42,634 nucleotides of DNA from a virus (taxonomy: Duplodnaviria; Caudoviricetes). This document shows positions 17,390 to 24,773 of the stretch, in pieces. The notes under the pieces were generated by a model. It worked only from the letters and a program-made list of their open reading frames with translations, had not been told where the DNA came from and did no database searches. A program made the position numbers and the translations under genes. The stretch lies in the IMG/VR virus record IMGVR_UViG_3300034945_000004, positions 1 through 42,634 of that record. One strand, written 5' to 3'. Numbering within the stretch: position 1 is the first letter of the stretch; each line of letters starts with the position of its first letter.

Positions 17390-17742
17390 CCGTTATCACC
17401 ATAGATAAATGTCCACGCTGCGCTGCTGTCCTGCGGCAGAGGACGCATGAACAAAACAGCCTGCTGCACGCAACCCTAGGCGACATCGCCGCGCAAGTGG
17501 ACTGGCCTAGAGGCTCTGGGCAGAAGCTGGACATTGAAGCCTGGAAGCGCCTGTTTACCTACGCATGGGAGCGGAGCGAGGGCCGCAGCGTGGAAATCTA
17601 TCCGGCGCTTGACGGGCATGGAATGGACATCGTAGTCCGACATACCCACCGCATGAGCAAGGAACAGTTGTCGAGCCTGTGCGAGTACGTGATTGCGCAG
17701 GGCGTGGAGTGGGGCGTGCGGTGGTCGAGGGAGGCGGCGTGA
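17386..17742 (+). CDS. ninB: NinB (Orf) family recombination mediator
   Basis: RTHEQNSLLHATLGDIAAQVDW...WKRLF...THRMSKEQLSSLCEYVIA.G...GVRWS. Confidence 0.88.
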   Translation: MTVITIDKCPRCAAVLRQRTHEQNSLLHATLGDIAAQVDWPRGSGQKLDIEAWKRLFTYAWERSEGRSVEIYPALDGHGMDIVVRHTHRMSKEQLSSLCEYVIAQGVEWGVRWSREAA

Positions 17743-17948
17743 AACGCAGGCTAGAGAACGCGATTTGGTGTACGCGGCTTGACTTTACCCGCCCGTATCA
17801 GTCTGTGGCAGCGCGGGGCGAAACCTTGGTTGTTAGTTTCTTCCCCGGCAATAGGCAAGACGGATTCTGCCTGACGCTTACGCGCAAGGACGCCCGCCTG
17901 CTAGCGAGGCGCATCAATCAATGCTTGGATGGGACGGTAAAGAAATGA
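17739..17948 (+). CDS. hypothetical protein
   Basis: GTGA-coupled. Confidence 0.55.
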   Translation: MKRRLENAIWCTRLDFTRPYQSVAARGETLVVSFFPGNRQDGFCLTLTRKDARLLARRINQCLDGTVKK

Positions 17949-18208
17949 GACGCGCCGCCCGCACCGACGGAACGCAAGAGGCCATCGTCAAGGCTCTGCG
18001 CGGCATCGGCTGCACCGTCCACTACATCAAAGAACCCGTGGACCTGGTAGTCGCGCTGAAAGGCAGGAACGTGCTGCTAGAGGTCAAGAACCCTGAAGGC
18101 GCATGGCGTCTTACCGAGCAACAGAAGAAATTCTTCCGCGATTGGGCCGGGGAAGCGTACATCGTTGAGGACGAAGGCCAAGCGTTGCGGGCGATGCTGA
18201 AGAAATGA
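17945..18208 (+). CDS. VRR-NUC-like PD-(D/E)xK nuclease/resolvase
   Basis: RAARTDGTQEAIVKALR..G...VDLVV...LLEVK...LTEQQKKF. Confidence 0.85.
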   Translation: MRRAARTDGTQEAIVKALRGIGCTVHYIKEPVDLVVALKGRNVLLEVKNPEGAWRLTEQQKKFFRDWAGEAYIVEDEGQALRAMLKK

Positions 18209-18360
18209 ACGAAGCTCCCGCCCTCTTTATCCGCATCCAACAGTTAAAGGATTTGTGCTGGAAAGCGCACATAAATCGCAAGCCAGCCGAAGCTAAACGA
18301 CTAGCCGAGGAACTTAGAACAGCGGCGATGCAACTGGTGGAGGAACTGAATGCGCGATGA
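18205..18360 (+). CDS. hypothetical protein (51 aa)
   Basis: ATGA-coupled; MNEAPALFIRIQQLKDLCW... Confidence 0.5.
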   Translation: MNEAPALFIRIQQLKDLCWKAHINRKPAEAKRLAEELRTAAMQLVEELNAR

Positions 18361-18575
18361 CCTGGAAGAAGCGATCTACATTGGCGTGATAATTATCTGT
18401 TTGGGGATCGTTTTATGGGCGATTCTGTGAACGATCCCAAATTCCCTCACTGCCCGCGCTGCCACATCCCGCAGTCTGTTAAAGAGCGTGAACAGGTGTT
18501 GTGGTGCCGGATGAAGTGCCCATGGACGCTGGTGAGACAACCGACGCCGGAGATTCTGGCGAAGCTGGAGGAACG

Positions 18576-18746
18576 ATGAAGATCACGATAGAGCCGACGA
18601 GCGGCGACTACCCGGAGCAGCAGTCCGTAACGGTTGGGCACATTGCCGACGACTTAAACATTGATCAGATTGGCAAGTTAATCGAGGCGGCGCTTTTGGG
18701 GTATGGATTTCACCCCGAAAACGTAAAGAGACTGTTTGCAGAATGA
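18576..18746 (+). CDS. hypothetical protein
   Basis: GGAGG RBS; MKITIEP...AALLGYGFHPENV. Confidence 0.6.
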   Translation: MKITIEPTSGDYPEQQSVTVGHIADDLNIDQIGKLIEAALLGYGFHPENVKRLFAE

Positions 18747-18979
18747 AACCGGGCTGGTTACTGCCTTCGTTGCCCCCTGATTTACGGATGGAGGTCTCGC
18801 GGACGCATTTACTGGACAAGCCGCTAAAGAGGCCCCCGCCGCGAGAGAAAAGGCAATACAAGGCGGTGAAGATACGCGGTCGAGTTTACAAGTCAGTCAA
18901 CGCGGCGGCTAGGCAGTATCGTCGCCACCATTCTGTAATCGAGGGATGGATTAAATCGGGAAAGGCGGTGGTGCTATGA
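18743..18979 (+). CDS. NUMOD1-like small DNA-binding protein
   Basis: VKIRGRVYKSVNAAARQY......I..WIKSG. Confidence 0.6.
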   Translation: MKPGWLLPSLPPDLRMEVSRTHLLDKPLKRPPPREKRQYKAVKIRGRVYKSVNAAARQYRRHHSVIEGWIKSGKAVVL

Positions 18980-19200
18980 GTCGCAAAGAGGATGTTTTAG
19001 GAATGGTGAAAGACGGACCTGTAAGCACGCGGGACGTGGCGGGAAAACTCGGGATCACGCCAACGAACGCGGCTGTGCTGCTGGGCAGGCTGCACCGGGA
19101 GCGCGTGCTGGATAGGACCGGGGAGCCTAAAGGCTATCGGTACTTGGAACCTGTTGCGCAATCTGCAACAACTGAGCATGTTTCTACGCAATCGGCCTAA
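18976..19200 (+). CDS. winged-helix HTH protein
   Basis: GPVSTRDVAGKLGITPTNAAVLLGRL..E.VL...YRY. Confidence 0.7.
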   Translation: MSRKEDVLGMVKDGPVSTRDVAGKLGITPTNAAVLLGRLHRERVLDRTGEPKGYRYLEPVAQSATTEHVSTQSA

Positions 19201-19809
19201 ATGTCGAGAATCGCCCGCGCCTTAAATTCCTCAGACCTATCCCACCGGCACATAGATCGGGAAGCGGGGACAGTGGACATTGATATCGTCCGCTCCCTTG
19301 GGCTGACGGCGATTCACCGGCCTCTAGGTGTTCTGATAATTGAAGCAAAGGAGGCGTGCGCCGGGGACAGTCCGCACGACGCGGCGAGGGTGCGGGATTT
19401 GATTGCGGCGGTATTTAATTGCGTGAGGAAGCAGGAACGCAGGGACAAGGTAAAGGTTGCCACAAAAGCCGTCGCCAGCCTTTTAGTTAAAGAGATGCTG
19501 TTCCCCTGTTTGAGATGCGAGGGGCGGGGCAGGGTGCCTTTTATTTACGGGCCGGATAGTCCTGCGACGATTGAGGAAACGCCTGGGGCCGAATGTCCTA
19601 CTTGTTTCGGCTCAGGACGCGGCAGGCGCGATTATTCGGCGAGGGCCAAGGCATCGGGCTACCCCGACTACAGCCACGCTCTCAAGCGATTCTGGCAAGC
19701 CGTAGAGAGTCGTTTAATTGAGGCTGAGTGGTCGGCGGCGGATGAGCGATTCTTTAAGATGCATGGCCGAATCTACTGGAACAAGAAATGGAATAGGCGC
19801 GGGAACTAA
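19201..19809 (+). CDS. Q-like late antiterminator/regulator
   Basis: CLRCEGRG...CPTCFGSG zinc finger; last nin-region gene, followed by a promoter. Confidence 0.7.
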   Translation: MSRIARALNSSDLSHRHIDREAGTVDIDIVRSLGLTAIHRPLGVLIIEAKEACAGDSPHDAARVRDLIAAVFNCVRKQERRDKVKVATKAVASLLVKEMLFPCLRCEGRGRVPFIYGPDSPATIEETPGAECPTCFGSGRGRRDYSARAKASGYPDYSHALKRFWQAVESRLIEAEWSAADERFFKMHGRIYWNKKWNRRGN

Positions 19810-19816
19810 CGCGCAC

Positions 19817-19845
19817 TTGCACTGGACAAAATACCAGTGTATAAG
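19817..19845 (+). promoter_or_regulatory. PR'-like late promoter containing a CTG-N10-CAG palindrome
   Basis: TTGCAC-17-TATAAG; CTGGACAAAATACCAG at 19822-19837. Confidence 0.65.
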
Positions 19846-19952
19846 CAATCAGTGGCAATTTAGACAGTAATTGGTGTACAACTTGGGCATCGCGGCGCTG
19901 GGGTTGCGTACCACCAGCTCGTAAAATCTCCCGCAGGCACCACTATCTCTAA

Positions 19953-20026
19953 GGCAGGCTAGTAGAACGGCTCTACGCCGGGCTCATAACCCGGAGAAGA
20001 TGGTTCGACTCCATCGCTTGCAACCA
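19953..20026 (+). tRNA. tRNA-Met(CAT), initiator-like
   Basis: Acceptor GGCAGGC/GCTTGCA (1x72 mismatch), D stem GTAG/CTAC, CCGGG-CTCATAA-CCCGG, GATGG-TTCGACT-CCATC, A73, encoded CCA. Confidence 0.9.
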
Positions 20027-20097
20027 ACCTTGGCGCGCATGTATCCCTTGACGCCAAGTTACGGTTTGCAATCGATTTCAACGGGACCGTAAGGGCG

Positions 20098-20122
20098 AAA
20101 AAAAGCCGCCTGGGTGGGCGGC
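20098..20122 (-). terminator. intrinsic terminator of the reverse-strand module
   Basis: GCCGCC-CACCCA-GGCGGC + T7 on minus strand. Confidence 0.75.
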
Positions 20123-20138
20123 GCTATAATGTTGAAAA

Positions 20139-20206
20139 TGGAGTGCCGGGGAATCGAGCCCCGCGCCGGTGTCTTAGGAGGACCAGGCGGCTTACCTGCG
20201 CACCCC
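20139..20206 (-). ncRNA. tRNA-like RNA resembling the tmRNA tRNA-like domain
   Basis: Acceptor GGGGTGC/GCACTCC (G3-U70) + A; stemless 10-nt D-loop; CGCC-T-GGT/ACC-GGCG helix; T-arm CGGGG-CTCGATT-CCCCG; no CCA. Confidence 0.6.
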
Positions 20207-20218
20207 AAGGTTAGACGG

Positions 20219-20386
20219 TTAGATCGTGCGCTTTACGGTCGGCTCGATCTTCACCGGGAATCGGAAGGCCTTCTTGCCGTAGTTCTTGGCGAAGATGGTC
20301 CAGCCGGTCCGTGGGTTGGTGATGGAAGCCCGGAAGATGTACATCCATCCTTCGGGCAGCGGTATGTCCAGTGACAGTTGCTTTAT
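20219..20386 (-). CDS. small basic protein (55 aa), probable AUA start
   Basis: AAGGAGGTGA + 5 nt + in-frame ATA; KQLSLDIPLPEGWMYIFRASITNPRTGWTIFAKNYGKKAFRFPV. Confidence 0.65.
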   Translation of the reverse strand: MKQLSLDIPLPEGWMYIFRASITNPRTGWTIFAKNYGKKAFRFPVKIEPTVKRTI

Positions 20387-20446
20387 TTGCCTCACCTCCT
20401 TTCGGGGTGGTGATGTGAATAGGTTCCCTGCGAGGGGTGCCACTCC

Positions 20447-20497
20447 AGCCGGTGTTGAGCGTTTCCTGACAGGGGCGCGACTCAACACCGGCTTTTT
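20447..20497. terminator. 13-bp hairpin: plus-strand terminator and/or 5' leader of the reverse module
   Basis: AGCCGGTGTTGAG/CTCAACACCGGCT followed by TTTT on plus strand. Confidence 0.6.
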
Positions 20498-20685
20498 CAA
20501 TTATATAAGATGGATAACTAAACCCTGGGTGTAGTTTCCGAGCGGTCTATAAACTGCCCGGAATACTCAATCCAATTGAGTAAATTTACGCGGTGTGTTG
20601 AGTAAACCGAATTCGCCCCCACCGGAACGGCTCCGATAACCTCTTAACTAACGGGGAGCAGGCCGAGCGCGGGGCGGACCTACAA

Positions 20686-20868
20686 CTAGCTGTCCTTCGG
20701 GCGTCCTGGTGCCTTGGCGGGCCATCTGGCAGATGCCGGGATGATCCAGCCATTGCCATCGATCCGCTGCGCGCCTTTGATTCGGCCCTGAACTAAAAAC
20801 TGGTGAACGCGGGCTTTTGACTTGCCGTGCAGGGCGGCGAATCCGGCTGGGGTGAGGTATTTAGTCAT
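20686..20868 (-). CDS. excisionase/MerR-like HTH protein
   Basis: YLTPAGFAALHGKSKARVHQFLVQGRIKGAQRIDGNGWIIP...GRP. Confidence 0.8.
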   Translation of the reverse strand: MTKYLTPAGFAALHGKSKARVHQFLVQGRIKGAQRIDGNGWIIPASARWPAKAPGRPKDS

Positions 20869-21085
20869 TGGCGAGGGCTGCGCAGGGAATTCCGCTGCTC
20901 ATGTTGTAACAAGCGGCATCGCCGCAGCAGTTCTGCGTCAGTTCCCAAACGTGATCCTCTAGCGCCTTGCGGAACTCGGGGTTCGTGAAGTATTCGCGCA
21001 GAAGCTCCAGCTTTGCGACCCGATCGGGGTTGGATTCGGTGGCAATGACTGAGTTGAAAACGGCGCGGGCTTCGGTGGTGGTCAT
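20861..21085 (-). CDS. hypothetical protein
   Basis: AAGGAG RBS; LELLREYFTNPEFRKALEDHVW. Confidence 0.7.
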   Translation of the reverse strand: MTTTEARAVFNSVIATESNPDRVAKLELLREYFTNPEFRKALEDHVWELTQNCCGDAACYNMSSGIPCAALAND

Positions 21086-21096
21086 TTATCTGCTCC

Positions 21097-21366
21097 TTAG
21101 CGAGTGAGTGCGGCGCGGGCGGCTACAAGCGCCATTTGGTAGCCAGTTTTTTTACTGACCTTGCTACCGCTGTAAAGGGACGATTCGTGTTTAGAGCCGT
21201 TTAGGTTCTCGTCTAGCATGGCGGCGATTCTGTCCAGCGCATCCCGCAGTTTCGCGTTCTCAGCCTCAAGGCGCGGATAGTCTCGCGCTGCGGCGAGCGG
21301 ATCGAAACCGTTTACTTGCAGGGCGCGGAGTGCTGCGAGGTCTTGCTGGTCGTCGTCCATCTGCAT
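21097..21366 (-). CDS. hypothetical protein
   Basis: AAGGAG RBS; LEAENAKLRDAL...AARAAL. Confidence 0.65.
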   Translation of the reverse strand: MQMDDDQQDLAALRALQVNGFDPLAAARDYPRLEAENAKLRDALDRIAAMLDENLNGSKHESSLYSGSKVSKKTGYQMALVAARAALTR

Positions 21367-21419
21367 CTCCTTTGGTTAGTTAAGGCGCACTGGGCAGGCC
21401 GGAGCCTGCGCGCTGCGTC

Positions 21420-21593
21420 CTAGGCGGTGTATTGAGTATTGCCAAAAGCACCGCCCCGGATTGAGGCGATGAAGGCGCGTGTTTTAGCGTTCGCCGCCTT
21501 GAGTCCGTGGGCGCGGTTAAACCCGCGACTGGTCATGCCGTAGAGGAATATGCAGGAACGGCGGTAGGCGAAAAGATGTTTGCTGGCTTTCAT
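21420..21593 (-). CDS. small basic hypothetical protein, first gene of the SOS-box cassette
   Basis: GAGGAG RBS + ATG 21593. Confidence 0.6.
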   Translation of the reverse strand: MKASKHLFAYRRSCIFLYGMTSRGFNRAHGLKAANAKTRAFIASIRGGAFGNTQYTA

Positions 21594-21629
21594 TTGAATC
21601 TCCTCGTTGTGTGCGTTGAACATGACCAC

Positions 21630-21674
21630 ACAATAAACTAAGCCTAGACGTTCGGCAACTGATCTTTTATACAG
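21630..21674 (-). promoter_or_regulatory. leftward promoter abutted by a LexA (SOS) box
   Basis: Minus strand: CTGTATAAAAGATCAG (21659-21674) directly followed by TTGCCG-17-TATTGT. Confidence 0.75.
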
Positions 21675-21685
21675 TATCGGACCCT

Positions 21686-21901
21686 ATGGACTGCCCCTTT
21701 TGCGGCGCTGCATCATTTGTGGATGATTGGGACTGGCCGGGTAGAGAGATAGCCTGGTACTGCCACTGCCCCAGCTGCAAAGCCTCTGGGCCGGTAACTA
21801 AAACAAAAGACGATGCCCAAAGACTCTGGACTCAAGCCGGGAACCATAAGCACGGAAAGACTGGAACAAATGACGCTGGAATGCTTGCAAAAGCTATCTG
21901 A
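21686..21901 (+). CDS. Lar-like zinc-finger protein
   Basis: CPFCG...CPSCKASGP.....DA...W. Confidence 0.7.
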   Translation: MDCPFCGAASFVDDWDWPGREIAWYCHCPSCKASGPVTKTKDDAQRLWTQAGNHKHGKTGTNDAGMLAKAI

Positions 21902-22025
21902 AGGCGCCCTAGACCACGCAGGCCAGGTTAGGGCCACTCAGGTACTCGGCTACCGCATCGAGTTGCTAGAGAACACTATCCGAGCCCTGCAGGGGACGAT
22001 CCAGGCTTACAAAGGCAGAAGCTAA
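21870..22025 (+). CDS. hypothetical protein
   Basis: MTLECLQKLSEG...; fills the gap before terS. Confidence 0.4.
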   Translation: MTLECLQKLSEGALDHAGQVRATQVLGYRIELLENTIRALQGTIQAYKGRS

Positions 22026-22029
22026 ACGA

Positions 22030-22569
22030 ATGGCGCATGTAAGGATTGACGACGGAGTTAAACGCGGCCCGAAGCAGCAAAGGGCTTCCGTCCCAAGAAG
22101 GCGCGACCCAACCTCAGGTGAGGTGCAAGCTATCCCACCCCACCTAACCCCCACCGAAGTCCTAGAACGCTACATGTCCGAGCAGACCACAAGCCAGATC
22201 GCCAAGTCCTACGGCGTATCTCGCAAGTCCCTAGTAGCTTGGCTAAGGCAGGTAGCCCCCAAGGAATGGCTACACGTCCAACTCGTCCGCGCTCATGACA
22301 GAAAAGAAACCGGCAACGAAGAGCTAGAGGTTGCCGACGACCCCCTAAGCCTCGCGCGCGCACGCGAGAAACTAAAGTCCGCGCAATGGGAACTGCAGGC
22401 CATAGACCCCGACTACCAGCCGAAGCAGCACGTTACAGTCGAGCAGGTAGGGGACTTGGGTGAGCGTTTGAGACGCGCCAGGGAGCGCGTAATCGAGGCC
22501 GAACCCGTTGCTGAGCAGCCACAAACGCAGCGCAGCATAGAGGATTCTGCCTCAACGCCCAAAGAGTAG
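22030..22569 (+). CDS. terS: terminase small subunit
   Basis: HTH (TSQIAKSYGVSRKSLVAWL), ARAREKLKSAQWEL...P.Y..KQHVTV; upstream of terL. Confidence 0.8.
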   Translation: MAHVRIDDGVKRGPKQQRASVPRRRDPTSGEVQAIPPHLTPTEVLERYMSEQTTSQIAKSYGVSRKSLVAWLRQVAPKEWLHVQLVRAHDRKETGNEELEVADDPLSLARAREKLKSAQWELQAIDPDYQPKQHVTVEQVGDLGERLRRARERVIEAEPVAEQPQTQRSIEDSASTPKE

Positions 22570-22784
22570 CCGCGCAAGTCATTGATTCAATGTGTTTGGT
22601 GCGGCGCACATCGTCCAATGTTCATTATGTCAAGTCGGCCAGGCTTCGCCGGGGGACCCAATCGATCCCAGGGCCGCAGCGCTGGCGGGTCGGCTGCGCG
22701 GGTCCCATGCGGGGCGAGGTGGAACGGGAGAGGTAGGGAGTCCGAGCCTCAATTTTTCTATAAAAATTTCCAGTCTGGAGCCGA

Positions 22785-23057
22785 GTGAAGCCGCTGTGTG
22801 AGATTTGCGAGACGAGGCATGAGGGGTATCAGGGGCACGTCTTTGCGACTAACGCTGCGACTAACAGGAAAGAGGATGCGACTAACAGAGCCGGGTATTC
22901 CTCACAGCCATCGGGCCGGGATACCGAAAGCGTTGGGGCTGTGCATGCGGAGAAATCCGGCAAGCCAACGACCGGCACCACTTGTAATCGTCGTTCCAGA
23001 GAAGCATACAACGCCTACCAACGGGAATACATGAGAAAGCGGCGTTTAGTTAAATGA
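22785..23057 (+). CDS. hypothetical protein between terS and terL
   Basis: CEICETRH...REAYNAYQREYMRKRR; coupled to terL. Confidence 0.65.
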   Translation: MKPLCEICETRHEGYQGHVFATNAATNRKEDATNRAGYSSQPSGRDTESVGAVHAEKSGKPTTGTTCNRRSREAYNAYQREYMRKRRLVK

Positions 23058-24475
23058 GTCGTCAGGAGTTGGACAAGGAGTTGCAGGAGGCGTGTGTTGA
23101 GTATGCGAACGATCCTGGGCGATTTGACAGGTTTATGTACGACTGGGGTGTTGGGCAGTTAGCTGGGTGGGAGCCGCAGGACTGGTGGCACAAGGAGGTG
23201 GATGACGCGATCACGGGGTATTTGAATGGGCCCGAGACGATGCCGTTATGTATTGCGGTGTCGAGTGGTCACGGGGCGGCAAAGACCTCTTATGTAGCGC
23301 GGAGGATGCACTGGTTCATGAGTTGCCGGGACCATCCTCAAGTCGTCTGTACGGCGAACACCGAGAGTCAGTTAATAACTAAGACTTGGAGAGAGTTGGC
23401 GAAGTGGCACAAGTTGAGTGCCAACCGGGATTGGTTTGACTGGACGGCGACGAGTTACTACCTAAAGACTCATCCTGAGACGTGGAAGGCGCACGCGATT
23501 CCGTGGAGTGAGAACAACACTGAGGCCTTTGCGGGGACGCACGAAGAAAACGTGCTGGTGGTGTTTGATGAGGCATCGAAGATCAGCGACAAGATTTGGG
23601 AAGTGACGGACGGTGTTTTTACGACCAAGAAGAACATCTGGCTGGTGTTTGGGAACGGGACGAGGAACGTAGGGCGATTTTACGACTGCTTCCACAAGTT
23701 AAAGGGTAAGCCCTGGCTGACCTGGCAGATTGATTCACGGACCTGCAAGGCGGCGAATAAGCCGTATTTGGAAAGACTTGTAGAGCAGTACGGCGGTGCG
23801 GACACGGATCAGGCTCGGGTGCGGGTAAGGGGTCTATTCCCCAAGACTGCGACCCGGCAGTTGATCAGCACCGAGGCTGTTGAGACGTGTCAGGCGAACG
23901 AGGCTGAAGGCTGGGAGATGCTCCCGAAGGTCATGGGGGTGGACGTAGCGCGGTTTGGCGAGAACTCCTCCACGATTTGTATCAGGCAGGGGAGGAAGGT
24001 AAGCGAGATCGAGATTTTACCGAAACAGGATTTGATGATCACCGCTCACCATGTAGCGGAAGTGATTAAGAAGGAAAGACCTTTACAAGTGTTTGTTGAC
24101 GGCTCGGGGATTGGCGCTGGAGTAGTGGACAGGTTGAGGCAGTTAAATTTCCCCGTTGTCGATGTAAATGGGGGGAACGCCTCCCTGAATCCAAGGTTCC
24201 TGAATAAGCGCGCCGAGATGTGGTGGGAGATGAAGGAGTTTATTGAGGCGGGTTGTGAACTCCCGAAATCGCAAAGACTGAAAGAAGAACTGACCTGCGT
24301 TGAGTACGACTACACCGATAAAGGCCGCATCAGGCTGGATCGGAAGTCCGACATCATGGACAAGTACGGGTTTTCTCCCGACTTGGCCGATTCTCTGTCC
24401 CTGACTTTTGCTTACCCCGTGGCCGACTTCTCAGACGCGGGGATGCAGCTCGACCCTCCTTTATTCCAGGACTGA
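23054..24475 (+). CDS. terL: terminase large subunit
   Basis: VSSGHGAAKT (Walker A), VVFDEAS (Walker B), GVDVARFG, VDGSGIGAGVVD, SPDLADSL. Confidence 0.96.
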   Translation: MSRQELDKELQEACVEYANDPGRFDRFMYDWGVGQLAGWEPQDWWHKEVDDAITGYLNGPETMPLCIAVSSGHGAAKTSYVARRMHWFMSCRDHPQVVCTANTESQLITKTWRELAKWHKLSANRDWFDWTATSYYLKTHPETWKAHAIPWSENNTEAFAGTHEENVLVVFDEASKISDKIWEVTDGVFTTKKNIWLVFGNGTRNVGRFYDCFHKLKGKPWLTWQIDSRTCKAANKPYLERLVEQYGGADTDQARVRVRGLFPKTATRQLISTEAVETCQANEAEGWEMLPKVMGVDVARFGENSSTICIRQGRKVSEIEILPKQDLMITAHHVAEVIKKERPLQVFVDGSGIGAGVVDRLRQLNFPVVDVNGGNASLNPRFLNKRAEMWWEMKEFIEAGCELPKSQRLKEELTCVEYDYTDKGRIRLDRKSDIMDKYGFSPDLADSLSLTFAYPVADFSDAGMQLDPPLFQD

Positions 24476-24476
24476 C

Positions 24477-24653
24477 ATGAACAACGAAAACGACCCGACG
24501 TTCACGGAAATTAACTTGAGCGCGGAAATTAAACGCCTTTGGGGGCCGAAGTGGAACGCTCCCGAGCCTGCTTACGAGTTCTCCAATGGGCGCAAGTTTG
24601 AACTGAGGACCGGCGATGCCGCTATCTATGCGAGCAGCCCAGACTTTGACTAG
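24477..24653 (+). CDS. hypothetical protein
   Basis: MNNENDPTFTEINL...YEFSNGRKF. Confidence 0.55.
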   Translation: MNNENDPTFTEINLSAEIKRLWGPKWNAPEPAYEFSNGRKFELRTGDAAIYASSPDFD

Positions 24654-24773
24654 GTATCTGAACTCCATGAAGTGCAAGGGATGCAAGGGCAAGGGCTGTA
24701 AGAAGTGTCATGGCACGGGTGATTCAAAGCGGTTCCGCGACCTGATGACTGCCGCAACGCACGGGATCAAGTC

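Noticed and set aside
20387-20500. TTG start giving a 93-aa version of the small reverse ORF
   Set aside because: The TTG overlaps the -10 box and runs through the leader hairpin; the strong SD is downstream.
21640-21648. AGCCTAGA shared between the SOS promoter spacer and the attP-like region
   Set aside because: An 8-bp match is too short to distinguish from chance in 42 kb.
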